Shown: positions 1-9,837, numbered from the stretch's first letter. The stretch: 64,000 nucleotides of DNA from Patescibacteria group bacterium (GCA_041660165.1 JBAZWW010000003.1:4352-68351); one strand, 5' to 3'. Translations and numbers: made by a program. The notes: a model not told the origin generated them from the sequence alone.

Positions 1-580
1 CTAGCTCATTCTTCTCAACCAGCCAAAGCGCGTGACCAAGAATAGTTGCGGTCAGCAAATAGAGCGCCAGCATGCTTGGTAAACCAATGGTCCCGCCGGA
101 AATACCCGTAGCCCCCTGGACAAAGGCGATCAGGACAAACACGCTCAAAAGGGCGCTTGAAACAAAAAAGACTGAAAACACCTTTCTTTGAAGATGACGG
201 TCACTGAGCAAGTGACTGCTCACAACAAGAAAGATCGCGAGCAACAAGGTTGAAAGAAAACTAATATATTCAGCCCCGCTTTCACCAAGCCAGCTGGTAT
301 AGGGCGCAATGGAAAACGAACTTGAAACCGCTGTCATGATGAGAATAAGCACCGGCAACAGGAAAAACCAGTGAGCTTTGAATGAAATCCTCCGCTCAGC
401 AATCATGCTTCCCATATATGCCAAGCTTCCAACAGTTGCCAGCACGACAAAGACAAAATTCTTATTGAAATCAAGCTGATCCGTGGTCCACGGAAAAGCC
501 ACAATCGGTATCAAGAAAACTATTGCACCCAATGATATCTGGGACACTTTTTCAAGAATTCGGCCAACGTGTATATTCAT
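1..580 (-). CDS. Polytopic membrane protein, N-terminal part; the gene runs off the left edge of the window
   Basis: ATG at 578-580 on the minus strand opens a frame with no stop before position 1. The translation MNIHVGRILEKVSQISLGAIVFLIPIVAFPWTTD... has several hydrophobic TM-like stretches. It is not in the ORF track because it is open-ended. Confidence 0.4.
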   Translation of the reverse strand, partial: MNIHVGRILEKVSQISLGAIVFLIPIVAFPWTTDQLDFNKNFVFVVLATVGSLAYMGSMIAERRISFKAHWFFLLPVLILIMTAVSSSFSIAPYTSWLGESGAEYISFLSTLLLAIFLVVSSHLLSDRHLQRKVFSVFFVSSALLSVFVLIAFVQGATGISGGTIGLPSMLALYLLTATILGHALWLVEKNEL

Positions 581-590
581 AAAACAAAAT

Positions 591-3500
591 TTACGGCGCT
601 GTAGGAGTGATGCTTGTAGCCCCCACGCCCAACGGATCAAGTATGACAGAAGCCGGATCTGTTGTCGCGGAAGCGTCAACGAGAGGAACATCGGTCGTGA
701 CGGGATCAACAGTTGATGCAATTGCTGAGGTATCGGTGGCTCCAGCAACTTCTGGTGCAGGGGCAGTCACAGAGTCAACGGGTACGTTAGTATCAGTGGG
801 GGTAGGTGTAACGGTCCCCGTGGCGGGAGTTAAAGTATCAAGGGGAGTAATCATGGGATCAGTCGCAACACTGGTTCCATTATCCGCAATGACGTCAGTT
901 GCGACGGGGCTTGTATCAAGAAGAGGGTCTGGTGCAGGTGCAGAAACAATAGGACTTATTGCTACCGGCTCAAAATCTTTTTGATAGGCAATGACAAGCC
1001 AGTCAACGGCCACGCCGTCCGTGTTAGCTGAATCATGAATCATAAAACCGCCGTTTGATTTGTCCGTGACATATATCTGGCCCGTAATACCCGCAGGCGT
1101 AACAACCACGCGATAGGAGGCGGTGTTTGAAATAACGTCGTTAAACTTTGGATCAATGGTGTCAAACACCACCTCTGACTGACCCATCATCAGCGTACTC
1201 GTTCCAGAAAGTTCGATAGTTTTCTGCCGGCTGGTAACCGCCAGCGTATCAACTAGCTCGTTCTGGTATGAAAGCACGCGCTCAGTGATTACGCCATTAG
1301 TCACAATGTCTCCATTTTGATTGATCTGCCAAGTATTGCCAATGCCCTCAAGCGAACCAACAGAGAGCATAGATCCTCCGTTCATGTTGAGCGAACCGGT
1401 GACATCAAGGTTGGACAGACTATTCATCGGAAGCTGAGAGATGGCCAGATTAGCATCGGGAGCGGAGTTTCCACCCGTGCCGGCGTAATAAGAAGCGCGA
1501 ATGAACACCACAATCTTCCCCTCGCCGGACGGCAGAGGCTCCATGGCATAGCCAAGAATCGGGCCGGCTTTCGTTGCCTTCATGGCATAGCCCGCCTTAG
1601 AGGACGTGGTTAGCGGATCGCCAATCGCCACCGCGCCATTCTCAGCCGAGACGTTCGTGGGCACTCGACCAGAGAGAGCAATCGGATAACTACCGTTAAC
1701 GTAATCGCCGGCCAGGAAGCCGGGGCGAGTTGAAACAACACCAGCCACACTCTTGTCATATGCCGTTGAGCTTGATTTTGCTACAGATTGTTCAGCTCCG
1801 CCAAACACCACCACATCGCCGGCCACGAGTGCGTCGCCGGATGGGAACATTTCTGCAAAGTCATAAGAACCAACGTTCCAACCGGCGGCGTTTGTCTTCA
1901 TGTACCCGGGGCCGGCAGTACTATCATAGAAAATGTAAGCTGTACTTTGCGCGGATCCTCGATCAGACGGGAATAGCTTGCCGGCCACAAACAAGTCGCC
2001 GGCGTTTGAAAAGGCCGCTACTTCCCCGCCAGTTCCGTCCTCAATTGAGAGACGATAATCGCCCAGGCTTGAAACCTTTGTGCGCAAACCCATGCTCACC
2101 GTCTCTGCACTTGAGCCATTCCAAGCCGAACCGTGCATCACTAAGCTGTTCGAGTTCGCAACCGGCGCGCCTGCCGTAGCCACCGCCAGAGCGGAAATAG
2201 TAATTCCGCCAGCAAACATAGGGCTTCCGTCAGGAGCGATGACATCCCCGCCGTACCAACTATTATCAACAAACACCGTAATCGTAGTCATGCCAACGCC
2301 GTTAAAGTTTGCCAGGGCACGCGCGATCACACGTCCTGGTTCCGTAGCCTTCATAGCGTATCCCGGCGTTGAAGATGCGGTCAGATAATCGCCCATCGCA
2401 ATTGGGCCGTTCTCGCTCGTAACGTGTAGTGGCACTCGGCCGTCAAGCGCAATAGGTAACGGATGCGCGCCCTGATCCTTAACGTTCGCACCGATAGTTT
2501 CATTTGGCGAAGTTGAAACAATGCCAAATAGAGTATCCGCGGAAACCGCACGGGTAAGAATTGGCAGGGTCTTCGTGACTGTGCCCGGAAGAATCTCTCC
2601 AGTGAACGCGTTACTTTCTTGAGCTTGATAGGTAAACATGGATCCCGTTAGTGCGACAATGTCGCCGTTACCTGGCGTCCCGTCGGTCTCATACCACTCA
2701 GCATAGTCAGCCGGGGCCGCAGAACAAGCCACAACATCTCGGGTGACATTTGTCGCCGCATCAACGTTCGCACCAGAATGACAAAGACCGTTTGTTGTTG
2801 CGAGGTTATCTAGACCAACAGACACAACACCCGCGGAAGTAACGCCCCACTCTATGCCACCGGTAATTGCCAGGGTACTTGTGGCATTCGCATTGCCAAT
2901 AGTAATTACGTCAGCGGTCGTACCGTTCGTGGCGATATTGATCACATCGGCGCCATCAACGGCGCCGGAGCCGCCAATATTCGTAGTGTGGCCACCGGAG
3001 ACATTGTTCAAATCCAATGAAGTATAACCAGCCACCACCACCCCGCTACCATACGTTGAAACAAATGTTACTCCGTTATTATTCCCTATGGTGATGTTGT
3101 CACCCGCAGTATTGTCAGTAGCAATGTTAATCGTATCCGCATCCGAGGAATTTGCAATATCAATCGTGTCACAGGCAACCGAACCACAAAGCGATACAGA
3201 AGTTGCATTCACATTTCCGATCGCTAGCGCCCCTGCGCCATTCGTATCCAACCCTTGGGCCGCTGCCACGGTAATCCCGCCGCTTGTCGCAACATCAAAA
3301 TTTGAAAAATCAATTGCCGCCCCGGTTCCGAGAATTACATTTGCGCCCACGTTCATTGCATTAACAATCGTGGAATCTGAGGCATCAATCGCGTCCGTAA
3401 AACCTGCAACTCCGGTCAAAATGATGCCATCATCCATCATCTCATTAGAATCTAAGTTACTGAGAGCAATCATGGCATCCGGGGTGCCGGTCAAAGCCAA

Positions 3501-5099
3501 CGGACCGCCGTCGTTAGCATTGGAAAGAGTCATCAGCGTGTTATAGGCCGTGCTTGCGGCCGCATCGTCAGTGAATGTCAGATCAATCACGTTAAGCGCG
3601 CTGTCCACGGAGTGCGTGCTGGCAATCGCTAAGTTCTCAGTTCCAGCTCCGCCTGTAACAAAGTTCATATTCACATCGGAGCCAAAAGTACCGGCATTGA
3701 ACGTGGCGGCGCCAGTCGCATCAATGCTCCAATCATTTCCGCCGGTGAGCACCAATGTGGTAGCCGCATTAGTATTTCCAATATCTACAGCATCTGGAAA
3801 AGCGGCTCCGGTACCGATATTGGTTGTTGTTCCGATTACCAAATTGTCATTAATACTAATTATTCCAGATTCTAGATTGATCGTTGACCCCGCGCTCTCG
3901 CTTCCAATGGAGACCGTATCCCCAGAAGTTCCATTCGTTGCAATGTTGATTGTATTCGCAAGATCAGTACTCACTCCGCCAATGTTAATAGTGGCCGAGC
4001 TAGCGACGGCGTCAAGAAAGTTAAACGTGGCGGATGATGATGTCAGGTCACCGCCGTTGAGCGCAAGATCACTTGCCGAGGTAATGAGTCCCGCGGTTGA
4101 AATATTCCAAGACGCTCCCCCTCCCAGCTGGAACGTCGTACCGGCGCCGGTATTTCCTATTGCTATTGCATCTGCAGTTGATCCTTCCGTAGCGATACTG
4201 ATGGTATTCCCAATATCTGCCGCGACCCCGCCAATATTGATGATCGGTGAGTTGCCAGCACCTTGCAAAAAATTGAACGTTCCCGCTGTCGAAGTGATCA
4301 CCCCACCATTAAGGGCTAGGTTGCCTGGCGTGACAAGACTATTCGAAAAAGATATTTGACCGTCCACCGTAAAAATTAAATCGCCTGTTATGTTCGTAGC
4401 AATAGTGGGGTCAGTAATAGCTCCACCCGAACTAAAAAAACGAAGAAGACCATTCGTAGTGCTATCCGTTCCGATATTCAGCTCCGCAGCGGCCGTATTG
4501 AAATACAGTGTACCTGCCGGCGGCGTGGTTCCTCCAATCACCAAGCCATCTGTGGTAGAGGTTAGGTACGTGGATGCGCCACCATCAGTCAACAAGGTAA
4601 GCGCAGTCGAGTCCAGTCCGTCGAGCGTATCAGCGTTAAGTGCGTACGGTGCCGCGACAATTTGTTTGCGTGGCGTAAGCGCCTCACCATTCACTGTCAC
4701 CTGGAGATATACCCCGGCATTGCTACCGAAAACGGTATCGGCTATTGCCGCGTAAGGAACGCCCGCGGCGGTATCGCCAAGATTTTCCGAAAAAAGCCCA
4801 TCGGTCAGGGTAACGGTTCGAGCCGTCGCGCTCGCACAAGTGGCGGATGAATTCGACCACAGACATGTGCCGGCGGAAAGAGCGTCATAAAACTCGAACA
4901 ACACGCTCGCGGTAGCCGTAGCAATAGGCACTCCGTTCGCATTCAGCAATCTGCCTTGATAACTGGTAATATTTGGGGCTGAGGCGGCCTGTACTGGCAA
5001 CACAAACAACGCGGAGAGGACCGCGTAACCAAGGAAAACAGGCACGAGGAAAATACTCGCGATTCTTTTCACGAATCGCTGAAAGACACGGTGATCCAT
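591..5099 (-). CDS. Giant secreted cell-surface repeat protein (1502 aa), beta-helix/adhesin-like, with a T/P-rich C-terminal tail
   Basis: Long ORF with N-terminal signal peptide (MDHRVFQRFVKRIASIFLVPVFLGYAVLSALFVLPVQAASA). It is extremely Thr/Gly/Ala/Asn/Ser-rich with recurring xIGNTxxxTxxxIGG / INIATxGTxxD(T/V)ITIGN repeats. There is an internal duplicated about 70-aa module (GRVPxxVSxENGxxAxGDxLTxSSxxGYAMKAT) and a C-terminal Pro/Thr/Asp linker. Confidence 0.8.
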   Translation of the reverse strand: MDHRVFQRFVKRIASIFLVPVFLGYAVLSALFVLPVQAASAPNITSYQGRLLNANGVPIATATASVLFEFYDALSAGTCLWSNSSATCASATARTVTLTDGLFSENLGDTAAGVPYAAIADTVFGSNAGVYLQVTVNGEALTPRKQIVAAPYALNADTLDGLDSTALTLLTDGGASTYLTSTTDGLVIGGTTPPAGTLYFNTAAAELNIGTDSTTNGLLRFFSSGGAITDPTIATNITGDLIFTVDGQISFSNSLVTPGNLALNGGVITSTAGTFNFLQGAGNSPIINIGGVAADIGNTISIATEGSTADAIAIGNTGAGTTFQLGGGASWNISTAGLITSASDLALNGGDLTSSSATFNFLDAVASSATINIGGVSTDLANTINIATNGTSGDTVSIGSESAGSTINLESGIISINDNLVIGTTTNIGTGAAFPDAVDIGNTNAATTLVLTGGNDWSIDATGAATFNAGTFGSDVNMNFVTGGAGTENLAIASTHSVDSALNVIDLTFTDDAAASTAYNTLMTLSNANDGGPLALTGTPDAMIALSNLDSNEMMDDGIILTGVAGFTDAIDASDSTIVNAMNVGANVILGTGAAIDFSNFDVATSGGITVAAAQGLDTNGAGALAIGNVNATSVSLCGSVACDTIDIANSSDADTINIATDNTAGDNITIGNNNGVTFVSTYGSGVVVAGYTSLDLNNVSGGHTTNIGGSGAVDGADVINIATNGTTADVITIGNANATSTLAITGGIEWGVTSAGVVSVGLDNLATTNGLCHSGANVDAATNVTRDVVACSAAPADYAEWYETDGTPGNGDIVALTGSMFTYQAQESNAFTGEILPGTVTKTLPILTRAVSADTLFGIVSTSPNETIGANVKDQGAHPLPIALDGRVPLHVTSENGPIAMGDYLTASSTPGYAMKATEPGRVIARALANFNGVGMTTITVFVDNSWYGGDVIAPDGSPMFAGGITISALAVATAGAPVANSNSLVMHGSAWNGSSAETVSMGLRTKVSSLGDYRLSIEDGTGGEVAAFSNAGDLFVAGKLFPSDRGSAQSTAYIFYDSTAGPGYMKTNAAGWNVGSYDFAEMFPSGDALVAGDVVVFGGAEQSVAKSSSTAYDKSVAGVVSTRPGFLAGDYVNGSYPIALSGRVPTNVSAENGAVAIGDPLTTSSKAGYAMKATKAGPILGYAMEPLPSGEGKIVVFIRASYYAGTGGNSAPDANLAISQLPMNSLSNLDVTGSLNMNGGSMLSVGSLEGIGNTWQINQNGDIVTNGVITERVLSYQNELVDTLAVTSRQKTIELSGTSTLMMGQSEVVFDTIDPKFNDVISNTASYRVVVTPAGITGQIYVTDKSNGGFMIHDSANTDGVAVDWLVIAYQKDFEPVAISPIVSAPAPDPLLDTSPVATDVIADNGTSVATDPMITPLDTLTPATGTVTPTPTDTNVPVDSVTAPAPEVAGATDTSAIASTVDPVTTDVPLVDASATTDPASVILDPLGVGATSITPTAP

Positions 5100-5139
5100 G
5101 TATCCTCCACTTAACTGTGATCAAGCGCGACATTCACGG

Positions 5140-7581
5140 TTAACGGCGCGGGCTCCTTCTTATCTCGGTAATCAATTGGGCGAACGATTTTCTCCGTAAA
5201 GCCAGGTTTGACGTAGCTACGTAGTACTCATTCGCGCCAAGAAGAAAAGAGTAGCGCCCTCGGCTATCCGTGAGTGTGGACTCGACAAGTTTATTATACC
5301 GCGGTTCAAAGAGCCGAACGACAACGTTCCCCAGCTGTGAGCGTGTAGCGGACTCAGTAACCAGACCCCAGCCCTTTGGCTTCTTTGGCCAGGCCAAGCG
5401 GATAGAAATAAAGAGCGAGAAAATCTGTACAATGAACATGACGACGGAGAACACGCTCGGCAACGTCAATACTACAAAAAGCGACAGCAAGACGCCGAGT
5501 GGGGACACGATCCGCTGGAAAACGCGAAAGAATCGTTTGAAGCGCAAACGGTTTTCGCCTTGAAACTGCGCTTTCGATGAAGGATCAAGAGGGATGTTCG
5601 CAGCTATCGTCGCATCCTTACTCGTCACACGGATAGCTTGCGTTGTATATACATCAAGAAAAGTGCCATCATCCTTCACGTTCGCAAGGTAAGCGCTTGG
5701 AAAGTTAAAACCGTTTTTTACCACCTTAATAATATATTCACCGGCCTCAGGAACAAACAGAAAATACTTACCTTCGGCGTTGGTAACCACGGATTTGATC
5801 AGCCGATTATCTGTCACTCGATAAAGTCTAACAATCGCCAGCTCAATGGGGATCTTGGTCATGGCGTTATAGACCACGCCAAAGTTTTTTCGTTTTCGCC
5901 TAGAGAATAAAAGCAATGGCGAGGTGATGAGATACTGAAGATACGCACCAAGGTTAAAGCTCGACGCCAGAATAATGGTAGATGAAACCGTAACGGCCGC
6001 GTTCACCGGCCCTGTAACGGTAGCCGTTGCCTGAGCCTCCGGAGACGCCAGCACGTCCGCCACGGCCTGCACAGCAACTGACGCCACCGCGCTTACGGCA
6101 GTTATTGCCTGAACCGCACCTACCGGCAGAATGGCAGAGACAACCGCCGGCACAACAGGAGCTATAGGAGGCACAATGGGAGGCGCCGGAATCTCCGCCA
6201 TTCGGCGCAACATAATTTGTCCGCCAAGAATCGTATTTCCCACAAAAATCGAGGCAGTCACTGACTCATAGCCATCGCGCTCAGCCACCAACGAATATTG
6301 CCCGTTTGGCGCATACCAACCAAAAGTGCCCCGCGCGGTTGATCGTTCGGGGTTCGCCTCTCCGTATTGCTGTGCATCAAAAAGAATCCTGGCTCCGCTG
6401 TCTATTCTATATGCGGTAACAATGACATTCTCTACCGGTACTTCCCGGCCGTCCTCCAGCGTCTCAAGCACGATTCCTGAACTTTGTGCATTGAGCGCAA
6501 TGGGTTCAATCTGCGTACCGCCGGCTTTTCTTGAAACAATAACATTGAGCACCTCATCAGCCCCGGGGGCAGTGATCATGCCGTCATACGTACCCGGACC
6601 TGATTGCGAAAGAACATACGTGGTATCCCCAACCATGACTGAAACCGCGGAGACTGCATCGGGACTTGAAACGGTCACCCGAACAATGGGCGAGGTTCCG
6701 GACAACACATTCACAGAGCCGTTAATGACCGGCAAGTTTAAACCGCCCGACGTCACGCTCACACCCACCTCAATCTGCGCGGTTGGAGTTCCGCCCCCCG
6801 GCGGAGGAGTGCTTGGACTTGGCGCCGGTGTGGGAGCAGGACCTGGCGCAGGGGCCGGAGCTGGTGCTGGTTCAGGCGCGGGGGCCGGAGGCGGTTCCGG
6901 CGGAGGAGGTTCTGGTACTGGTTCTGGAATTGGTTCTGGCGGGGGTGGGGGTGGAGGTGGAGGAGGTGGAGGCGGGAGAGAGTCGCCGGGAGGCGAAGGT
7001 GGAGACGCTACCGTCCCTGACACACCGGACGTCGATGCCGAAATAATCGGAATAGCGATTGACCCATTGTTAAGCGATGTTCCTGCAAGGTCAATGTAAT
7101 ACGTGCCAACCGTGGACGGATTTGTAATTCTATTTGCACCAGTTCCGGATGAGGATGCATTCGTACCAATTTCGATCGTAACCACATGGCCAGCCAATAC
7201 TGACCCTCCGTCTCCAGCGCAAACCGTTAGCGTAACAGTATTCGCCACCCGATCAATAGATACAGCCTCCGCGCCCGAACAATCAGGAGCCGTCGTCAGA
7301 TCCACGGCGTTATCCGCAACATCAACATCATCTTCAATGACAGAACTCACGGTGAAACCGCTTGGAAAAATAAGCGCGATGGTTTCACCGTCGTCCCATC
7401 CGGTAGCCAGCGTAAAAATAAATTTTTGATTCGAAAGCGCGCTCGTCACAAGCGTGCTCGGTTGCGAGGTTAAGGCCGAGACCGTAGCCGCACTCGCGAT
7501 CGACGAAAAAGAAAACATCCCGCTCATCAAAAAGACTGCGGAAAACAAAACAATAGCCACGCGCTTGAAATAGCCACCCAC
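5140..7581 (-). CDS. Secreted/membrane-anchored protein with poly-proline linker and three transthyretin/CarboxypepD_reg-like beta-sandwich modules
   Basis: 813-aa ORF with signal peptide (MGGYFKRVAIVLFSAVFLMSGMFSFSSIASAATV). It has a run of more than 12 Pro followed by PEPxPAP repeats, and C-terminal TM segments. Motifs such as VTAYRIDSGARILFDAQ...YSLVAERDGYE and VRLYRVTDNRLIKSVVTNAEGKYF are typical of carboxypeptidase-regulatory-like domains. Confidence 0.75.
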   Translation of the reverse strand: MGGYFKRVAIVLFSAVFLMSGMFSFSSIASAATVSALTSQPSTLVTSALSNQKFIFTLATGWDDGETIALIFPSGFTVSSVIEDDVDVADNAVDLTTAPDCSGAEAVSIDRVANTVTLTVCAGDGGSVLAGHVVTIEIGTNASSSGTGANRITNPSTVGTYYIDLAGTSLNNGSIAIPIISASTSGVSGTVASPPSPPGDSLPPPPPPPPPPPPPEPIPEPVPEPPPPEPPPAPAPEPAPAPAPAPGPAPTPAPSPSTPPPGGGTPTAQIEVGVSVTSGGLNLPVINGSVNVLSGTSPIVRVTVSSPDAVSAVSVMVGDTTYVLSQSGPGTYDGMITAPGADEVLNVIVSRKAGGTQIEPIALNAQSSGIVLETLEDGREVPVENVIVTAYRIDSGARILFDAQQYGEANPERSTARGTFGWYAPNGQYSLVAERDGYESVTASIFVGNTILGGQIMLRRMAEIPAPPIVPPIAPVVPAVVSAILPVGAVQAITAVSAVASVAVQAVADVLASPEAQATATVTGPVNAAVTVSSTIILASSFNLGAYLQYLITSPLLLFSRRKRKNFGVVYNAMTKIPIELAIVRLYRVTDNRLIKSVVTNAEGKYFLFVPEAGEYIIKVVKNGFNFPSAYLANVKDDGTFLDVYTTQAIRVTSKDATIAANIPLDPSSKAQFQGENRLRFKRFFRVFQRIVSPLGVLLSLFVVLTLPSVFSVVMFIVQIFSLFISIRLAWPKKPKGWGLVTESATRSQLGNVVVRLFEPRYNKLVESTLTDSRGRYSFLLGANEYYVATSNLALRRKSFAQLITEIRRSPRR

Positions 7582-7590
7582 AATTTTAGT

Positions 7591-8466
7591 TTACCTCCGT
7601 CTCCGCACGAAGATGATTATACCAAGCAACAAGACCGCGATGACGATGAACGCCCCGCCAAGCGACGAAACTGGAAAAAACCAAGCATTCGTTACCGCAT
7701 ATTGCGTGTTGCCATCCCAAAGCTCGAACCGATATTTGCCGAATACAAATGGCGAGAAATTCTGTACGCCATCCGGCCATTTTGCGCTCACCGAACGCGA
7801 GGTGCCGGTCGGTAGATGCTTTGGTACATTTGAAAGGAGGAATCGATCGACCTCCCTGCCAAACATATTTACCACGCGCACTTCGTTTGGAACGAAAAGC
7901 GTATCCGTTCCCGAATTTTGGGCGAGTTCTGAAAGGACAATCGGTTTGCCAAAGGAAAAACCAGGAATAGCTGAAAAATTTTGGATCTCTACTCTACTAT
8001 CATTACTCGCATCATTACTAGCAACGTGCACGAACAGAAGTGATGTCAGCGCCGTTCGCACAGAACCGGATTCATTACCGGCCGAGCCCTCAGTGACAAG
8101 TACCGCAATCGTAGGTGCCGACTCGGAAAATTCCTGCGGAATTGTCACGGAAATATTGACAGTCTTTTTCTCAGTAGCCGCAAGGGTGAATAATGACGGC
8201 GTAGCAATGACGCCCGAAGAAAGCAAAGGATTAAGCGTCCCTAATGAAAGATCCTCCGCATCCCCCCCGAATTCAGCAGACAAAAATGAAACGCGATAAC
8301 TCGCTTCTTTTGTAGAATTGTTTGTCACAACAATAGTGGCAGATGCGGATTCACCAATTTTCACCCGCAGATCGCTTGATTGAGGATTCACCGTAGTCGC
8401 AAAAGAAACACATGGCGCGCCAAGCAAACTAAGAAAGGTGAGCGCCAATAAAAATCGTGAAATCAT
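7591..8466 (-). CDS. Secreted protein with C-terminal transmembrane anchor and RRRR tail
   Basis: 291-aa ORF with N-terminal signal peptide (MISRFLLALTFLSLLGAPCVSFATT). It ends with a hydrophobic segment (GGAFIVIAVLLLGIIIFV) and then RRRR. It is tightly packed (2-nt gap) with flanking surface-protein genes on the same strand. Confidence 0.65.
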   Translation of the reverse strand: MISRFLLALTFLSLLGAPCVSFATTVNPQSSDLRVKIGESASATIVVTNNSTKEASYRVSFLSAEFGGDAEDLSLGTLNPLLSSGVIATPSLFTLAATEKKTVNISVTIPQEFSESAPTIAVLVTEGSAGNESGSVRTALTSLLFVHVASNDASNDSRVEIQNFSAIPGFSFGKPIVLSELAQNSGTDTLFVPNEVRVVNMFGREVDRFLLSNVPKHLPTGTSRSVSAKWPDGVQNFSPFVFGKYRFELWDGNTQYAVTNAWFFPVSSLGGAFIVIAVLLLGIIIFVRRRR

Positions 8467-8468
8467 AT

Positions 8469-9389
8469 TTAGTAATTACCAACAAACACGAAGGTTAGCG
8501 TTTGCGAATAGCTTCCGCCGGCCTGCGTAGCACTAACACCAACCTTCAGCGTCACAAAATCCCGCGCTTTTAGCGAGTTGTCTCCCCTGCTTGCCACCTG
8601 TTGAAGCGAAGTTGTGATAGCCGTATCCTGCGTATCAAATGTTGAGCTGGCAAGCGAGGTGTCTGAGGAGCGAGCGCCATACTCGGACGACCCCGCATCA
8701 ACTGAGCCATCTCCAACATCAGAAATCGTGTTGCCCCCATCCGATGGATTATGATTTTCGTATAAAAAAACACTATAGCCATTTGAAACATCCGCGGATG
8801 AGTCCCAACCAACGATACCAGTTGTAACTACACTACTTGAAAAGGTTCCAAGGGGAAGTGCGGTGCCAGACAGCTTATAAACGTAGTCATTCGATCCATC
8901 TATGGTCGGCGCTACACCGCCATCATGGAATTCATCCACGGTCAACGTAGAGCCTCCCACGACGGTCACTTTACCGATGGCCGAGACCTGAGAAGCACCG
9001 AGGTCCTGAACCACCGCGACGTAATCGCCTACAGAGTAGTCAACCGTGGACGTCACCGTTACCGTCGTTGAGACAAGTAGAGTGGTTGCTACCTGGGTTG
9101 AAGTATTCTCTGAGAAAACCTGGAACGCGACCGTGGGGTCATAAATACCGCCTCTATACCCCCCATCTTCGCGGTAGGAGGACGAAGAACCAATTCCCTG
9201 ATTAACTCCGATGGTGTCATGAAGCTTGTAAGAGGCGGAGGAACTCGTCTCACTTCCCCCATTTCCGACGCTATCCCACTGAATCTGATAATTGCTTGAG
9301 GACATCATTGACTCAGCCCTAAATGGAGCTAATGTTAGCAGAAAAAGAGATGCTGTAATGAAATAGTGATAACCGATATTCCTTCCCAT
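8469..9389 (-). CDS. Secreted Ser/Thr/Gly-rich protein
   Basis: 306-aa ORF with N-terminal signal peptide (MGRNIGYHYFITASLFLLTLAPFRAES). It has paired SSNYxIxWDSVGNGG...SSASYKLHDTIG motifs and is the first gene of the minus-strand surface locus. Confidence 0.6.
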   Translation of the reverse strand: MGRNIGYHYFITASLFLLTLAPFRAESMMSSSNYQIQWDSVGNGGSETSSSASYKLHDTIGVNQGIGSSSSYREDGGYRGGIYDPTVAFQVFSENTSTQVATTLLVSTTVTVTSTVDYSVGDYVAVVQDLGASQVSAIGKVTVVGGSTLTVDEFHDGGVAPTIDGSNDYVYKLSGTALPLGTFSSSVVTTGIVGWDSSADVSNGYSVFLYENHNPSDGGNTISDVGDGSVDAGSSEYGARSSDTSLASSTFDTQDTAITTSLQQVASRGDNSLKARDFVTLKVGVSATQAGGSYSQTLTFVFVGNY

Positions 9390-9422
9390 ATCGCTTATTG
9401 AGTACTATAGGTGTTCACCCCT

Positions 9423-9791
9423 TTATCCACAAGATAAAACTGTGGACAAACCTACGAACTGTAATGAAAAATCGTCATTTATACACAGATATTTTGTCTA
9501 CACCAGTGTAGCCAAATAAAGTTATCCCCAGCAATCGTTTTCATTACAGACTGTTACCAACTAATTCTATTTTTCCACCCACCAAACCATAGCAACCATC
9601 AGTTCACGTTAGGTTGCGGGTATATAAAATGGAATTCTTGGGAGGTAATCCGACCGGAATGATATTTTGTATACCTGCGACCAGCCAAGAAATTGGCGAT
9701 ACAAGTCGCTACGCATCTCATCACACATGGAACTTACAGCGTAGTTATCCTTCTCATACACATGTTATCCACAGTTTGTGGCGCTATCCAC
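9423..9791. promoter_or_regulatory. Cluster of DnaA-box-like sites in a 480-bp intergenic region upstream of the surface-protein operon
   Basis: Perfect TTATCCACA at 9423-9431 and 9764-9772. CTATCCACA at 9783-9791. TGTGGACAA at 9441-9449. A TATACACAGAT motif near 9484. Confidence 0.4.
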
Positions 9792-9837
9792 AGAGCTCAC
9801 TCAATAATACGTTCCATATGGGACATCCAAACACGAC

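Noticed and set aside
483-716. 77-aa plus-strand ORF spanning the gap between the first two minus-strand genes
   Set aside because: It overlaps the start region of the partial membrane-protein gene and the 3' end of the giant gene. It has no RBS or domain features and is likely spurious.
607-4850. Multiple 60-270-aa plus-strand ORFs (607..984, 1317..1613, 1730..2179, 3088..3546, 3550..4359, 4390..4755 and others) inside the giant surface-protein gene
   Set aside because: They are antisense shadows of a low-complexity Thr/Gly/Ala-rich coding sequence. Their translations are Pro/Arg/Ala-rich with no domain features, and they lie wholly within the 1502-aa ORF.
6326-7099. Plus-strand ORF with a poly-Gly/Ala tract and apparent short tandem DNA repeats (ccgg/ggtg periodicity, 6780-7000). 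Considered as a CRISPR or VNTR locus.
   Set aside because: The periodicity is the poly-Pro / PEPxPAP codon repeat of the minus-strand 813-aa gene. There are no spacer-like unique segments, so it is not a CRISPR array.
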